64,000 bases of DNA from an uncultured Acidobacteriota bacterium (GTDB taxonomy: Bacteria; Acidobacteriota; UBA6911; RPQK01; JAPXNP01), in assembly GCA_963777605.1 (NCBI GenBank), contig CAVZRV010000029.1, positions 256,001-320,000 on the forward strand, read 5' to 3'. The translations under genes were made by a program, and so were the position numbers. The notes under the pieces are model-generated. The model was not told the origin of the DNA. It did no database searches and was given only the letters and a program-made list of their open reading frames with translations. Below are positions 9,753 through 19,367 of the stretch, piece after piece. The number at the start of each line of letters is the position of its first letter. The first letter of the stretch is position 1.

Positions 9753-9937
9753 TGTGCCTGCAGTGTGTCCGCGTGGATCACGGCTAATCTCACTCGATGC
9801 AACTCCAGCTCAAGGTCGGCTTTCAGCCTGACGCGGCTGCTCTTTATATTTCAACGACTTACAGAGATCACGCAACAGCCCTTAAAATCCTGTGGGGGGG
9901 AACCCCCGTACGGGTTCGATTCCCGTCCCGGGCATTT
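9753..9937 (+). repeat. att-like site B (tRNA-Leu 3' half at 9881-9934)
   Basis: TGTGCC 9753 and TGTGTC 9764; TTTCAAcgacTTA 9849-9861; CTTAAAATCCTGTGGGGGGGAACCCCCGTACGGGTTCGATTCCCGTCCCGGGCA. Confidence 0.92.
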
Positions 9938-10002
9938 GCCCAGAACCCCCGTGCGACGCGGCTTTCCGGCTCGAAAACCCTCCTTCGCACTCCGCACTTC
10001 AC

Positions 10003-10073
10003 AGATCGCACTTTCCCCCGGTTGTGCCTGTACTGTGTCCGCGAGAATCCAACTCCAGCTCACTTGTAGCAAA
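10003..10073 (+). repeat. short arm-only variant (copy s2)
   Basis: tgtgcctgtactgtgtccgcgagaatccaactccagctcac; matches 178-248 and 39090-39150. Confidence 0.85.
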
Positions 10074-10236
10074 GATGAAGAGGAGGTCTCTCCTCCTTCA
10101 CCTGAGATTTCCGGCTCAATCGTAGTCGGTGCTTCCCGATTGTCTGAGAAAGCCTGCGAATCGGGTTGCCTCCGGCACAGCCACCATTCATAATCCAGGG
10201 ACACCTCAAACCGCTTCCGAACGGAGGGCATTCGGT

Positions 10237-10686
10237 ATGAAAATGGTCAGTTGGATTCTATTGGCGATTGCTGCCACCCTGATTATTCTGGGCAGCCTCG
10301 CTTCCATCGGCGTCGCCTACTTTGCGTCCCCGTCGAATGACATCGTCGCAGGTTCGCTGTCTTTGGAGGACCTTCAGCTGAACTCTGAAGTGGCGACCGC
10401 CCTTCGAGGGAGGCGAGGCACGGCGGCATCATTCGGGCTGAGCCTGGGCGTTGTCCTGCTGTTCATCATCCTCGGCCCCTATCGACAGGGAGCGGGCTGG
10501 GCCTGGTGGGCAGTGCTGACGGCAGTCGTCCTGCTCTGCGGAGGGATGCTCCTGAGGATTCCTGCATTAGGCACGTTCCAGGGAGCAGGCACGGCCGGCT
10601 TTATCCTTCTCGTGACGATTCCCGCACTGCTGCTCAAGCTGGCAGCGAAACCGGCCACGGGCGGAACTGACAGTCCCGGGCTATAA
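10237..10686 (+). CDS. 4-TM membrane protein
   Basis: GGAGG RBS, four hydrophobic helices, GPYRQGAGWAWWA motif. Confidence 0.75.
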   Translation: MKMVSWILLAIAATLIILGSLASIGVAYFASPSNDIVAGSLSLEDLQLNSEVATALRGRRGTAASFGLSLGVVLLFIILGPYRQGAGWAWWAVLTAVVLLCGGMLLRIPALGTFQGAGTAGFILLVTIPALLLKLAAKPATGGTDSPGL

Positions 10687-10892
10687 TCGAACTGTGACGG
10701 TGCGCCAGATTCTGGAAGAGGCGAGACAGCTGGAGCCGATCGAACGGGCTGAATTGTCTGAAGCAGGACGGCATTCCCGTTCCACCTCCTGCCTCCGAGA
10801 GCGAATTCGTGGAAGTCAACGCTGCTTTGGATTGTGGACGGGAGCCTTGATCGGTCTTCATAAGCCTCCGGCAGCCAAGAGTCGACTTTCAG
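10681..10892 (+). pseudogene. deletion scar: antitoxin 5' end, hicB 3' end and att-arm fragment
   Basis: 10681-10757 matches 5624-5700; 10758-10850 encodes LKQDGIPVPPPASESEFVEVNAA (HicB-like C-terminus); 10872-10892 matches the arm of site C. Confidence 0.75.
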
Positions 10893-10902
10893 AGTGACCC
10901 GG

Positions 10903-12570
10903 CTATCCGCCGGATTGACGGGCCTGGAGGATCATCATGAGAAACTCAGCCTCATTCATGCCTGCATACGGCATTTCGGGGTGTGGATCAACGGGGATGA
11001 TGGTATTCAAGTTGGACCAGTACGCCCGGTGGATTGTGTAGTCCTCGGTTTCGCCGTTCCACTCCAAAAAGAAAATGTATCGCTCGTTGAGTCTGGGGAA
11101 GCCCCGACCGGTGACCTTAAACGTGGCCCTTCGCTGCGGATCAATCTTGATCGATCCTCCGGCCCTGGTTCCTGTCAAGACTCCCTGAACAAGCGGCCAG
11201 GTCATGGTGCCGTCGATTACCCGCTCTACTTTGAGGCGATATTCCGAATAGATCGCCGAGCCGTCCAGAGAGAAGAAGCTCTCAATTTCGTCAACCGTCG
11301 CGATCACCACGGTATCGTGTGTCGGGTCCGCTAGTGACGGGACCTCCGTCGAGATACTTTCTCTGTTGGTCCAGCTCATGTGCCGTCGCTCCAGGAGGGG
11401 CGGTATCCCCGGCTGGTTGTACCGCGTCGATCTCCGTTCCCGTACACGGCTGGAAACTACGGTTGGATGCTGGGCCTTGCGGGGAGGTTCGGTTGATGAG
11501 AAACGGTCGATCTCCTTCCAAAGCTCCTCCAGCCCCATCGGGTTGCTGCGGAAGTGGACAACGGATTCTCGGTCGTGGGGTATCAGAAGGGGATCGAATT
11601 CCCAGATGCTGTCCATGGTGAACGCTTCCGAAAATTCGGGATAAATTCCGTTGCTACTTTTGAAAAACGGTGTGAATTGTGCGGCCCCCGCTTCGTCCGT
11701 CACTGCCATAAGCATGCCGCAGGCCCCGCAGGGGCACCCTCTTCGTGAAGCCACCAGCTCTTTCCCGGCCAGAGGCTCTCCATCGAGCAGGAAGGTTAGT
11801 CGCAGCTGCCGAGGTTCCCAGTACTCGATGACGACGGGAGTTACGTCAGCCGGTAACCGCATGATCAGCCAGTTATTTACGTTACTGGATTCGTCGTTTC
11901 CGACAATGTGCGCATTCCTGAGCGTCCGGAACCAAAACAGATACTCGAAATCGCCGTCAGGAACCTCGATGAGGCCCTGGTCGTTGCTCTTTGCCACCGC
12001 GAGCAGGTCGGCACCCGTTGCGACTCCACAGTGATTGGCAGTGCTCCAAAGCATGCTGATTTCAACCGTCTCTCCCACAACCGGCGTTCCGTCGGTCGTC
12101 ATCAGGCGAAGAAATCTCGTTTCCGGCCTTCGCAATCTGACGTCGATCGTTCTTACATCGTCGACCCTAAGCGCCACGGCTTCATGTCTCGGGAATGAAA
12201 CCGTCCGGGGAGCCGAGAGGTCCGTTCCCTCTTCGAACAAATCGAAGGGTTCCGACTTGAGCGCAGCATACCCGGGAGCCCGCAACAGGATTTGTCCTTT
12301 GACAAAGTGGTTGGGCATCCGTAGATCGGGCCACCAGCGCTGCAGTTCGGCGGGAGTGAGGACGACAGCCACGGTGCCGCCGGCCGGCTCAAGTGCGATT
12401 CGGTGAGTGTCCCCCCAGGTGTAGCTCCATTTGGCGGTTTTCTGGCGTCCGGCGTTGTCGTAGCTCCAGTAGATCCCCAGCGGATTGGCCCCGTAGTCGT
12501 AGACGCCGGGCCACTTCGACTGAGTCAGCCCGCCGAGCTTGCGACCCCGTTGCGACGCATAGTCTTGCAT
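10903..12570 (-). CDS. paralog of 6736-8394 with the N-terminus replaced by an RHS/YD-like fragment
   Basis: Collinear from ...VVLTP onward (WSTANHC, CPCGACG, near-identical C-terminus); no signal peptide; first ~52 aa include WSYDNAGRQKT. Confidence 0.7.
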   Translation of the reverse strand: MQDYASQRGRKLGGLTQSKWPGVYDYGANPLGIYWSYDNAGRQKTAKWSYTWGDTHRIALEPAGGTVAVVLTPAELQRWWPDLRMPNHFVKGQILLRAPGYAALKSEPFDLFEEGTDLSAPRTVSFPRHEAVALRVDDVRTIDVRLRRPETRFLRLMTTDGTPVVGETVEISMLWSTANHCGVATGADLLAVAKSNDQGLIEVPDGDFEYLFWFRTLRNAHIVGNDESSNVNNWLIMRLPADVTPVVIEYWEPRQLRLTFLLDGEPLAGKELVASRRGCPCGACGMLMAVTDEAGAAQFTPFFKSSNGIYPEFSEAFTMDSIWEFDPLLIPHDRESVVHFRSNPMGLEELWKEIDRFSSTEPPRKAQHPTVVSSRVRERRSTRYNQPGIPPLLERRHMSWTNRESISTEVPSLADPTHDTVVIATVDEIESFFSLDGSAIYSEYRLKVERVIDGTMTWPLVQGVLTGTRAGGSIKIDPQRRATFKVTGRGFPRLNERYIFFLEWNGETEDYTIHRAYWSNLNTIIPVDPHPEMPYAGMNEAEFLMMILQARQSGG

Positions 12571-12579
12571 GACCTGGTT

Positions 12580-13059
12580 TCATTGGCCAGGCGCAGGGTT
12601 CTCAACCTGAAGCCCCCCTCCTTCAACTCTGTAGCACTTCAGCAATTGGCTGCCGGACGGCTTGGTGCCAACAAACACTATTGACTCGACTGAATCGCTC
12701 TTCGAGGCTTCATTACGAAGCAATGGAGAGTTCTCAACAAAGGCGGCGATTGTCTCATCGCAGCTAGGATCGCGATGCCCTTGGACCAGGAAAAAGGGCG
12801 ATGCAGCAAGAATCTCGTCATTCAATGTTGTGTAACCAAAATGCTCGTATACAAGCTTCACTGTCAGACTCTTAGGTCCTTCAACACGGAATAGAAATTC
12901 CTCTTTATTTAGCACATGCGATGCCACCTGCATGGCTCTCTCAGCGGGCCGATAGGCAACTATTGTACCCCGAAACGAAATGGCCATCCGACCTGCGTGA
13001 CTGAAGCCCCCCAATGAAAGTATCAGGATCACAACGCCGCTCAAATTCAGGATTTTCAT
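12580..13059 (-). CDS. exported hypothetical protein (possible immunity-type gene)
   Basis: Signal peptide, two Cys, ATGA overlap with the upstream gene remnant. Confidence 0.65.
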   Translation of the reverse strand: MKILNLSGVVILILSLGGFSHAGRMAISFRGTIVAYRPAERAMQVASHVLNKEEFLFRVEGPKSLTVKLVYEHFGYTTLNDEILAASPFFLVQGHRDPSCDETIAAFVENSPLLRNEASKSDSVESIVFVGTKPSGSQLLKCYRVEGGGLQVENPAPGQ

Positions 13060-13226
13060 GGCTTCTTCACCTCGACCTTGACTGGGTAGACACTGTAAGG
13101 CGCGCCCTTTTGTTTCAAGAAATCGGCCTGAGGAACTGGAGTTACGAACTTCAGGGTGATCCGCTCAGTCGTTCGGGTGCCGTGCACAAGCATATTCACG
13201 GTTGCGGCCGTGACCATGCTGCCCTG
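13056..13226 (-). pseudogene. 3' end of a gene truncated by IS4
   Basis: Open frame QGSMVTAATVN...PVKVEVKKP* from the IS end to a stop overlapping the next ATG. Confidence 0.5.
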
Positions 13227-13336
13227 CACTGCTGTCCAATTTAGCGACGATTAGAGAACCACCCCCGCGTCCTGACTGGCTTTCCGACTCGATTTTCTCG
13301 TTGTCCATGTCCAGGCCTCCGATTCTGCTGTCCGGA

Positions 13337-14089
13337 TTACGCGAAAGGGAGACTGGTCTGAGCGACCTCCGGCAGTTCCGGTGGGGACTCGAAGGGCTCG
13401 TTCAACCAGGTCCACAAGTCGCGATGCACGAACAGGTTCATGCGCAACAGCGCCGCCAGATTGGACAGGGACCAATCATAGGTCGACTTCAACTGCAGGA
13501 AGCGAAGGATCAGCATGGAGATCAGTGCTGTCCAAATTTGAGTCTTCAATGCGTTCGGGCTGGTGCCGACGAAGGTCTTGATCTTCAGGTTCTGCTTGAG
13601 GGCCTTGAAGTCGTGATCCAGCAGGAGATGGAGTTTGACGGCCCCTTTGGTGCGCTGGAACCGGGCCCAGTCGAACAGCGATGCACACAGATCGATCACG
13701 GTGGCGTCCAGACTCACCAGCGGATTCTTGAACCGAAACGGCTTGCGACGGGGACCGACGGTCAAGGTCCGACAGCGATCCAGCAGACAATGGAACACCT
13801 GCTCGTAAAGCTCCCAGGGACGGTGCTCGTTGGCATAGGACAGAGTCGAGCGCTTGGGGATCCGGATCCCGAGGTGGCTCAATTTGCCTTCGCAACTGGC
13901 CAGCCCACCGCAGATTTCCCGCAGGCTTTGGGCTTTGCCCAGGTGGCAGAACAGCATGGAGACGAACTGGGTCCAGCAGCCAAAACCCCGGGCGTGGCGC
14001 TCGGCTTTGGTCTCTTGGACCAGTTTCTGGAACTCGAGACGCGGAAAAAGCTGGAGAAGTTGGCTGAAGATGCTGCAAAATCGACTCAC
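13337..14089 (-). pseudogene. IS4 transposase with an in-frame deletion of most of the DDE domain
   Basis: SIFSQLLQL...SLREI...LDATVIDLC...GAVKLHLLLDHD joined directly to FKALKQNLKIKTFVGTS. Confidence 0.88.
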
Positions 14090-14180
14090 GGCTGAGCTCT
14101 CCCTTCCGATTGGATCTGGTTTGGCAACCCAATCGTACGAGGAGCGGCTCAGCCGCTCAATCCTGAATTTCTAATTTGGA

Positions 14181-15872
14181 GTGCGGCCGGGCAAGGTCGC
14201 GTATTCGAACGGGTGGGAATCCCGTCCCGGTAAGGCAGGCCCGCCACCGGGTAGCGAGCCCTTGGAGCCGAGGGAGCAATCTCTCGGTTTAAGCGTAGGG
14301 CCGCAAGCAGTTAGGCCGTAAGCCGCAAGGCTGAAGGGATGGAGCCTCGAAAAAGACAATGGGAAGGACGACGCAGTTCCAAATGCGGAAGTCAACAGAG
14401 GCGGGACCGCCAGGGCCTGGTCTCGTTTCCTTCCCCGGGGTCGGAGACCACGGCATGGCTGACACGACGAGTGCGCGGCAACCCGGGAGACCCTGCTGGT
14501 GCTTCCCGAAAGGGGAGAGCTTTCGAACAACCGGAAGAAGGGAGGACGAGGGTAACGCCGGTAGGGAATCGGATCACCTCATAGTACCGAGGAAGGCGGG
14601 TAATGCCGCTGGAGGAAAGGAGGTGACGTGGTGAGCGACCGGAGTGGGGAGACACCGACCGTGCCCAGAGGCGGGGAATCGGTGAGAACGAAACTACTTC
14701 GGATAGCCGAGAAAGCCCGCAGAGAGCCGAAATTTCGGTTCACAAGCCTGTTTCATCTGATGAAAGAGGAATTGTTGCGGGGGTGCTTTGACCGACTGTG
14801 TAAAGATGCAGCGGCGGGCATTGAACCGAACGGTGTCGAGGGGGTGCGTGAACTGGATCGTGGAAGCGGATATCAAAGGTTTCTTTGAGAACGTGGACCA
14901 CGACTGGATGATGCGGTTTCTCTCTCATCGGATCGGGGACCGGCGGGTTCTTCGGTTGATTCGACGGTTTCTAAAGGTCGGAGTGGTGGAAGATGGGCGT
15001 GTGGAGCCGGCGGAGGAGGGCACGCCGCAAGGCGGAGTGATCTCGCCGCTTCTGGCCAACGTCTATCTTCATTACGTGCTGGATCTGTGGTTCGAGAGGC
15101 GGTTTCGCCAGAGCTGCCGCGGTCAGGCGAGATTGATTCGCTACTGCGACGACTTTGTGGTCTGCTTTACACATGAAGCGGAAGCACGGCGTTTTCAGAG
15201 TGAGTTGATCGAGCGGCTGGGGCAGTTTTCGCTGGAGGTGCAGCCTGAGAAGACGAAGGTGCTGGCCTTTGGGCCAAAGGCGGCGGCGAGGGCCGCGGCC
15301 GACGGCCGAAACAAGCCGGGGACCTTTGACTTTCTGGGATTCACGCACTACGGCAGTCGAAGCCGCAACGGCCGGTACTTTCGGATGAAGCGAGTGACGG
15401 CCCGGAAGCGTTTCCGAGCCAAACTCCACGCCCTGAAGGCCTGGCTGAAGGCGGTGCGGTCTCGGCTGACGACCCGGGAACTGTGGCTGGCCTATGGGGC
15501 CAAGCTCCGTGGGCATTATGGCTACTACGGTGTCTCGGATAACTCGGTCGGGATCGGGCGCTTTGCTTATGCGGCGGGACGGCTACTCTATAAGTGGCTG
15601 AACCGTCGCGGTGGCAAACGACGGCTGAGCTGGGATCAGTTCAACCGCATGGCCCGGCGATATCCGTTGCCGAAACCACGGGTGACGGTCAGCCTGTTCT
15701 GAGGTGAAAGATCCTACGGGGAGCCGGGTGCGTGAGGTGCGCAAGCCCGGTTCTGAGAGGGGCGGGTGACAACTGAAGGATGGTCGAGATCTTGTGGCAC
15801 CGCTGGGAAACCAGGCGGAAACGGAGAAAACAAACTTCGACCTAAGCTTTGGGAGGAACCCGTCTACTCGCC
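14181..15872 (+). mobile_element. group II intron (IIB, bacterial class E-like)
   Basis: 5' GTGCG; domain V gagccgggtgcgtgaggtgcgcaagcccggttc at 15721-15753; 3' end ...ctactcgcc; EBS1 tccaaa (14378-14383) pairs with IBS1 tttgga. Confidence 0.9.
14682..15702 (+). pseudogene. ltrA: intron reverse transcriptase/maturase lacking RT0-RT2, no endonuclease domain
   Basis: RTKLLRIAEKAR...FTSLFHL...AAAGI joined out of frame to VEADIKGFF...GTPQGGVISPLLAN...RYCDDF...FDFLGFTH. Confidence 0.88.
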
Positions 15873-15985
15873 CAAGAGTGGTACTAATGCGGTTCCTGTT
15901 TTAATGTACTACGGTTCTAGTGGGGAGACAGGCACTCACCATCTCTATATTCGAGAATTCGTATCACTTCGATAGGAGAGTTGAC

Positions 15986-16958
15986 ATGCATACTCGGAGA
16001 GCGATCCCCGTCGTGATGGGTCTTCTGTGCTTCTGCTGCTGGATATTCCAAACGAGTCTTGGTTTCGCCGAGGAAGCTTCGCCTGAATGATTTCCGGGTT
16101 GTCCTGCCGCAAGTGGCCCGAGGCGGATCCGGTTCGATCACGATCGAAACCCACATCGTTGTAGTCCATCCCGGCCCGAGCGTCGGGGCGATTGAAGTGG
16201 AGATCCACGGCTCTGACGATGAACTCTTGAGCCCCGGGAGTTTCGTTCTTGAATCCGGGGCATCCAGGGCGATTGACTTGGTCGGGGGAGAGCTACGCAA
16301 CGGCGCTGTGATCATCGCTGCATCAGCCGAACTCGGTGTAGCCGCGAACCTGGTGGTCCGCAAGTCGGGTGAAATTACATCTCAGGTTTCCATATCGGCC
16401 CGACCACTGGCAAGCCTCTTCGTCATTCCGGTGCTCTACGGGGGGCCGGAATCGTCGGTGAGCAATACGGGCATTGCGGCGTATTTCCAGACGCCCGGAA
16501 CGTATCGGGCCGATCTATTCGATCCGGACGGGAATCTTGTGGATTGGAAAGGGTTCTTCATTCCCACTCCCCCGACTCAGGTTCATGTCGCCGGATTTCT
16601 GGACGAGTGGTTCGAAATCCCTGACGGGTTTACTCAAGGCTCGGTGGTTTTCTACACGGTACGGGCTCAGCCCGTAGCGTTTGCGACCACTGCCTTGTAT
16701 TCCAAGGACGAGCGCCTGTGGGCGGCTCAAGCGTTTGAAATCAAGCGAGCGGATTACTACGCTGTCAGTCTTGTATCGAAGGATAACCTCGCGCAGGAGA
16801 TGGAAGGATTGGCCGAGCAGTATGGTCTCCAGCTGGACAGCGTGGGGACGTCAATCGCTCTGGTCGTGTGCGACCAAGAGAAGGCTCGGGCATTGGAGCG
16901 CGACCCGCGTGTTCAGAGCGTTCTCCCATCACGCTTCCCCATCGGTTTTGAGGATTAG
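15986..16958 (+). CDS. exported protein with C-terminal peptidase-propeptide/inhibitor-I9-like domain; frameshift near 16090
   Basis: AGGAG RBS and signal peptide MHTRRAIPVVMGLLCF in one frame, body VVLPQVARGG...LERDPRVQSV in another. Confidence 0.6.
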
Positions 16959-17435
16959 TGGGCTTCGAGACAACATTCGTCAGACCTCTGAGAAATGAGG
17001 AAACAGTTAGTTTGCGGATTGGAGGTGGTCGGGAACGCATCTGCCGCGCTTCTGCCCCGCTGGAAAAGGCTCACGCGCTTGAGGGTAAGAATCGCCCTCA
17101 ATGTAGAATCCCATCGACTGCTCGGTTGGCCAGTGGAGACTGGCTGTTTCTCCGCCTGCGAATGGTGAGCTCTTGGGTGGATCAACAGCGGGAGGGAGAG
17201 AGTGGTAGCCGTGGAGTGGAGCCCGGAATGTGCGCATGCCTGACGGAGACGTCTCTTGAGGCATCCAACCCTACCTTCGCGATTGGGAGTTAAACGACAG
17301 CCTTCAGCAGGTCACTGTTTCCGTGTTGTGAGCATACGTACGACGCCTCAGCGTTTTATGCTCGCAGCCACCGCCTCCCGTGGCAGACCGAGGTGGTCAG
17401 ATGTCAGGAGGGTGGGATGTATTATCCTTGATTCA

Positions 17436-18440
17436 ATGGAAATTGACTGGCCGAACCGGCGCCGAATACTCCTATTTAGGCTGCTAGCCTTGTGTTTGGG
17501 AGTTATCTGTGCGCTTATCCTTTGTGAACTGGCCGCGCGCCTTCTCCCAATTGCGGTAGGTCGAGCCGGCCAGGAATTAGATTGGCTGAATTGGGACCTT
17601 GACCATGCACGCCGAGTTCTCGTGCTTGACAACAGGATGGGGTTCCGGCCTCTCCTGAGGTCGGAACCCCACTCGGAAGAAGCTCTTTACTCTCGCTTCG
17701 GAACTACTTTGAACTCGTATCCACCGAAGAAACGTCCTGGGATTGAGCGGATTCTCTTCATGGGCGATTCGGTGACCTTTCGGGGTCATATCATTGACGC
17801 ACTGCGTGAGTGCTACGGGACTGAGCGATATGAGTACTGGAACGCCGGCGTTGATTCCTTTAATACGACACAGGAGGTCGAACTGTATCGTCGCTACAAC
17901 TACAAGATCGATCCGGATAGAGTCGTGCTCACTTTCCACGTGAATGATTTCCAGATCACGCCAATCGCATTTGTCGGCCAGGATGGCGAGCTGCACGTGG
18001 TGGCCCCGGCAAGGCCTCTCTCAAGCCTTGACCGGTTCTTCGGCCGGTACTCACAGTTGTTCAGGGACTATCTCGCGGTTCGTTTCAGAGGGGAGCAGCC
18101 CTCCGTCGAGGCGTCTGCTGATGAGTTTCGCGAAGCTCTCGACCAATTGACTGTGCTGCTTCCCTCCAAGTGCTCTCTGACCGTCATCCTGTTTCCATAC
18201 TTGGCAGAGCGGGAGAAGTGGTCCGCCCGCGACTGCAGTGCCCGCGAAGTTGCGCTTGATGAACTGACTGCACGAAACATCCGCCACTTTGACTTGGCCC
18301 CTCTACTCTTTCAGGAGCTTAGGGCGGGACACAACGTACAGGAGGCTCCCGGCGATCATTGGCACTGCAACGTGGAGTTTGCCCGGAAGATAGCCGATTA
18401 CCTCTTTCGCGAAGGGCTTTTCCAGGCACTGTCAAATTAA
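17436..18440 (+). CDS. membrane-anchored SGNH/GDSL hydrolase
   Basis: N-terminal TM, RILFMGDSVTF, WNAGVDSF, HVND, GDHWH; stop codon lies inside the IS6 TIR. Confidence 0.85.
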   Translation: MEIDWPNRRRILLFRLLALCLGVICALILCELAARLLPIAVGRAGQELDWLNWDLDHARRVLVLDNRMGFRPLLRSEPHSEEALYSRFGTTLNSYPPKKRPGIERILFMGDSVTFRGHIIDALRECYGTERYEYWNAGVDSFNTTQEVELYRRYNYKIDPDRVVLTFHVNDFQITPIAFVGQDGELHVVAPARPLSSLDRFFGRYSQLFRDYLAVRFRGEQPSVEASADEFREALDQLTVLLPSKCSLTVILFPYLAEREKWSARDCSAREVALDELTARNIRHFDLAPLLFQELRAGHNVQEAPGDHWHCNVEFARKIADYLFREGLFQALSN

Positions 18441-19215
18441 CGGCCGTCGGCGAGAATGGCGGGATGAACCCCCCGAGCCACACTTGCCATCGCTTCCCAG
18501 CTCCGATCATCAGTCATGCCATCCGGTTGTATCACCGCTTCAGTCTCAGTTTCCGAGATGTCGAGGGCCTCTTGGCTGAGCGCGGGATTACTGTGTCGTA
18601 CGAGTCCGTGCGGTACTGGTGTCACAAGTTCGGGACGGTCTACGCACGAAGACTGAGGAACAAAAAAGGGTCGACTGGGGGATATTTGGCATCTCGATGA
18701 ACTCTTCGTCACGATCCGTTGAGAACGATACTACCTCTGGCGAGCCGTCGACCAAGACGGAGACACGATCGACATTCTGCTGCAGCAGAGACGGGATCGG
18801 CAGGCCGCTAAGCGGTTCTCTCGTAAGCTCTTGAAAGCCCAAGGATCTGGTCCCAACAGGCTTGTCACCGACAAGCTGAGAAGCTACCGTGCCGCTCATC
18901 GAGAACTGATTCCAACGATTCCCCACGCAACTGGGCAATACGAGAACAACCGGGTTGAGGTCTCACACCAGCCCACTCGACAGCGAGAACGCCAGATGCG
19001 CCGATTCAAGTCCGCAGGACAGGCCCAGCGGATTCCTGAGCATCCACGCAGCCGTCCAGAATCTGTTTCGAGTGGGGCGACACCTCCTCCGCTCGTGCCA
19101 CCATCGACTCCTCCGGGACCGTGCTTTCGGGTGTTGGCAACAGGCGACGTCCATCTCTTGGTGAGGCGGATTTGGGGGACCTGTCTCGCCCTCCCATCGT
19201 TAAGTTGACAATGCC
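18425..19215 (+). mobile_element. IS6-family element with frameshifted transposase (18464-19164)
   Basis: TIRs ggcactgtcaaattaac and gttaagttgacaatgcc; HRFPAPIISHAIRLYHRFSLSFRDVE, WHLDE, YLWRAVDQ, VTDKLRSY, ENNRVE. Confidence 0.92.
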
Positions 19216-19367
19216 GCCCCTGTCCCTTCCCTGGACGAAGAAGTAAGCCGAGAAAACCGCAGAGACAACTAACTCGAAACCTACAAAAGCAGAAAGGAAA
19301 TGCCCCGTCCCTTTTCCCTCCCACGATCTCGCCGGTCGCCAGACGATCAAAGATCGAAGGTGGCGCT

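Larger units (their letters stand above)
13227..15880 (-). mobile_element. IS4-family element (DUF4372 type), internally deleted, with one TIR split by a group II intron
   Basis: TIR cactgctgtccaatttag (13227-13244) versus reconstructed ctaatttgga|caagagtg (14171-14180 plus 15873-15880), 15/18 match; no target duplication seen. Confidence 0.85.

Noticed and set aside
13324-13340. ctgctgtccggattac as the IS4 right end
   Set aside because: A better 18-bp match to the left TIR lies at 13227-13244; this is an internal sub-terminal repeat
14682-15702. DGR, retron or defence-associated reverse transcriptase
   Set aside because: Flanked by a group II intron 5' end, domain V and EBS1; no template/variable repeat pair with adenine-specific changes seen
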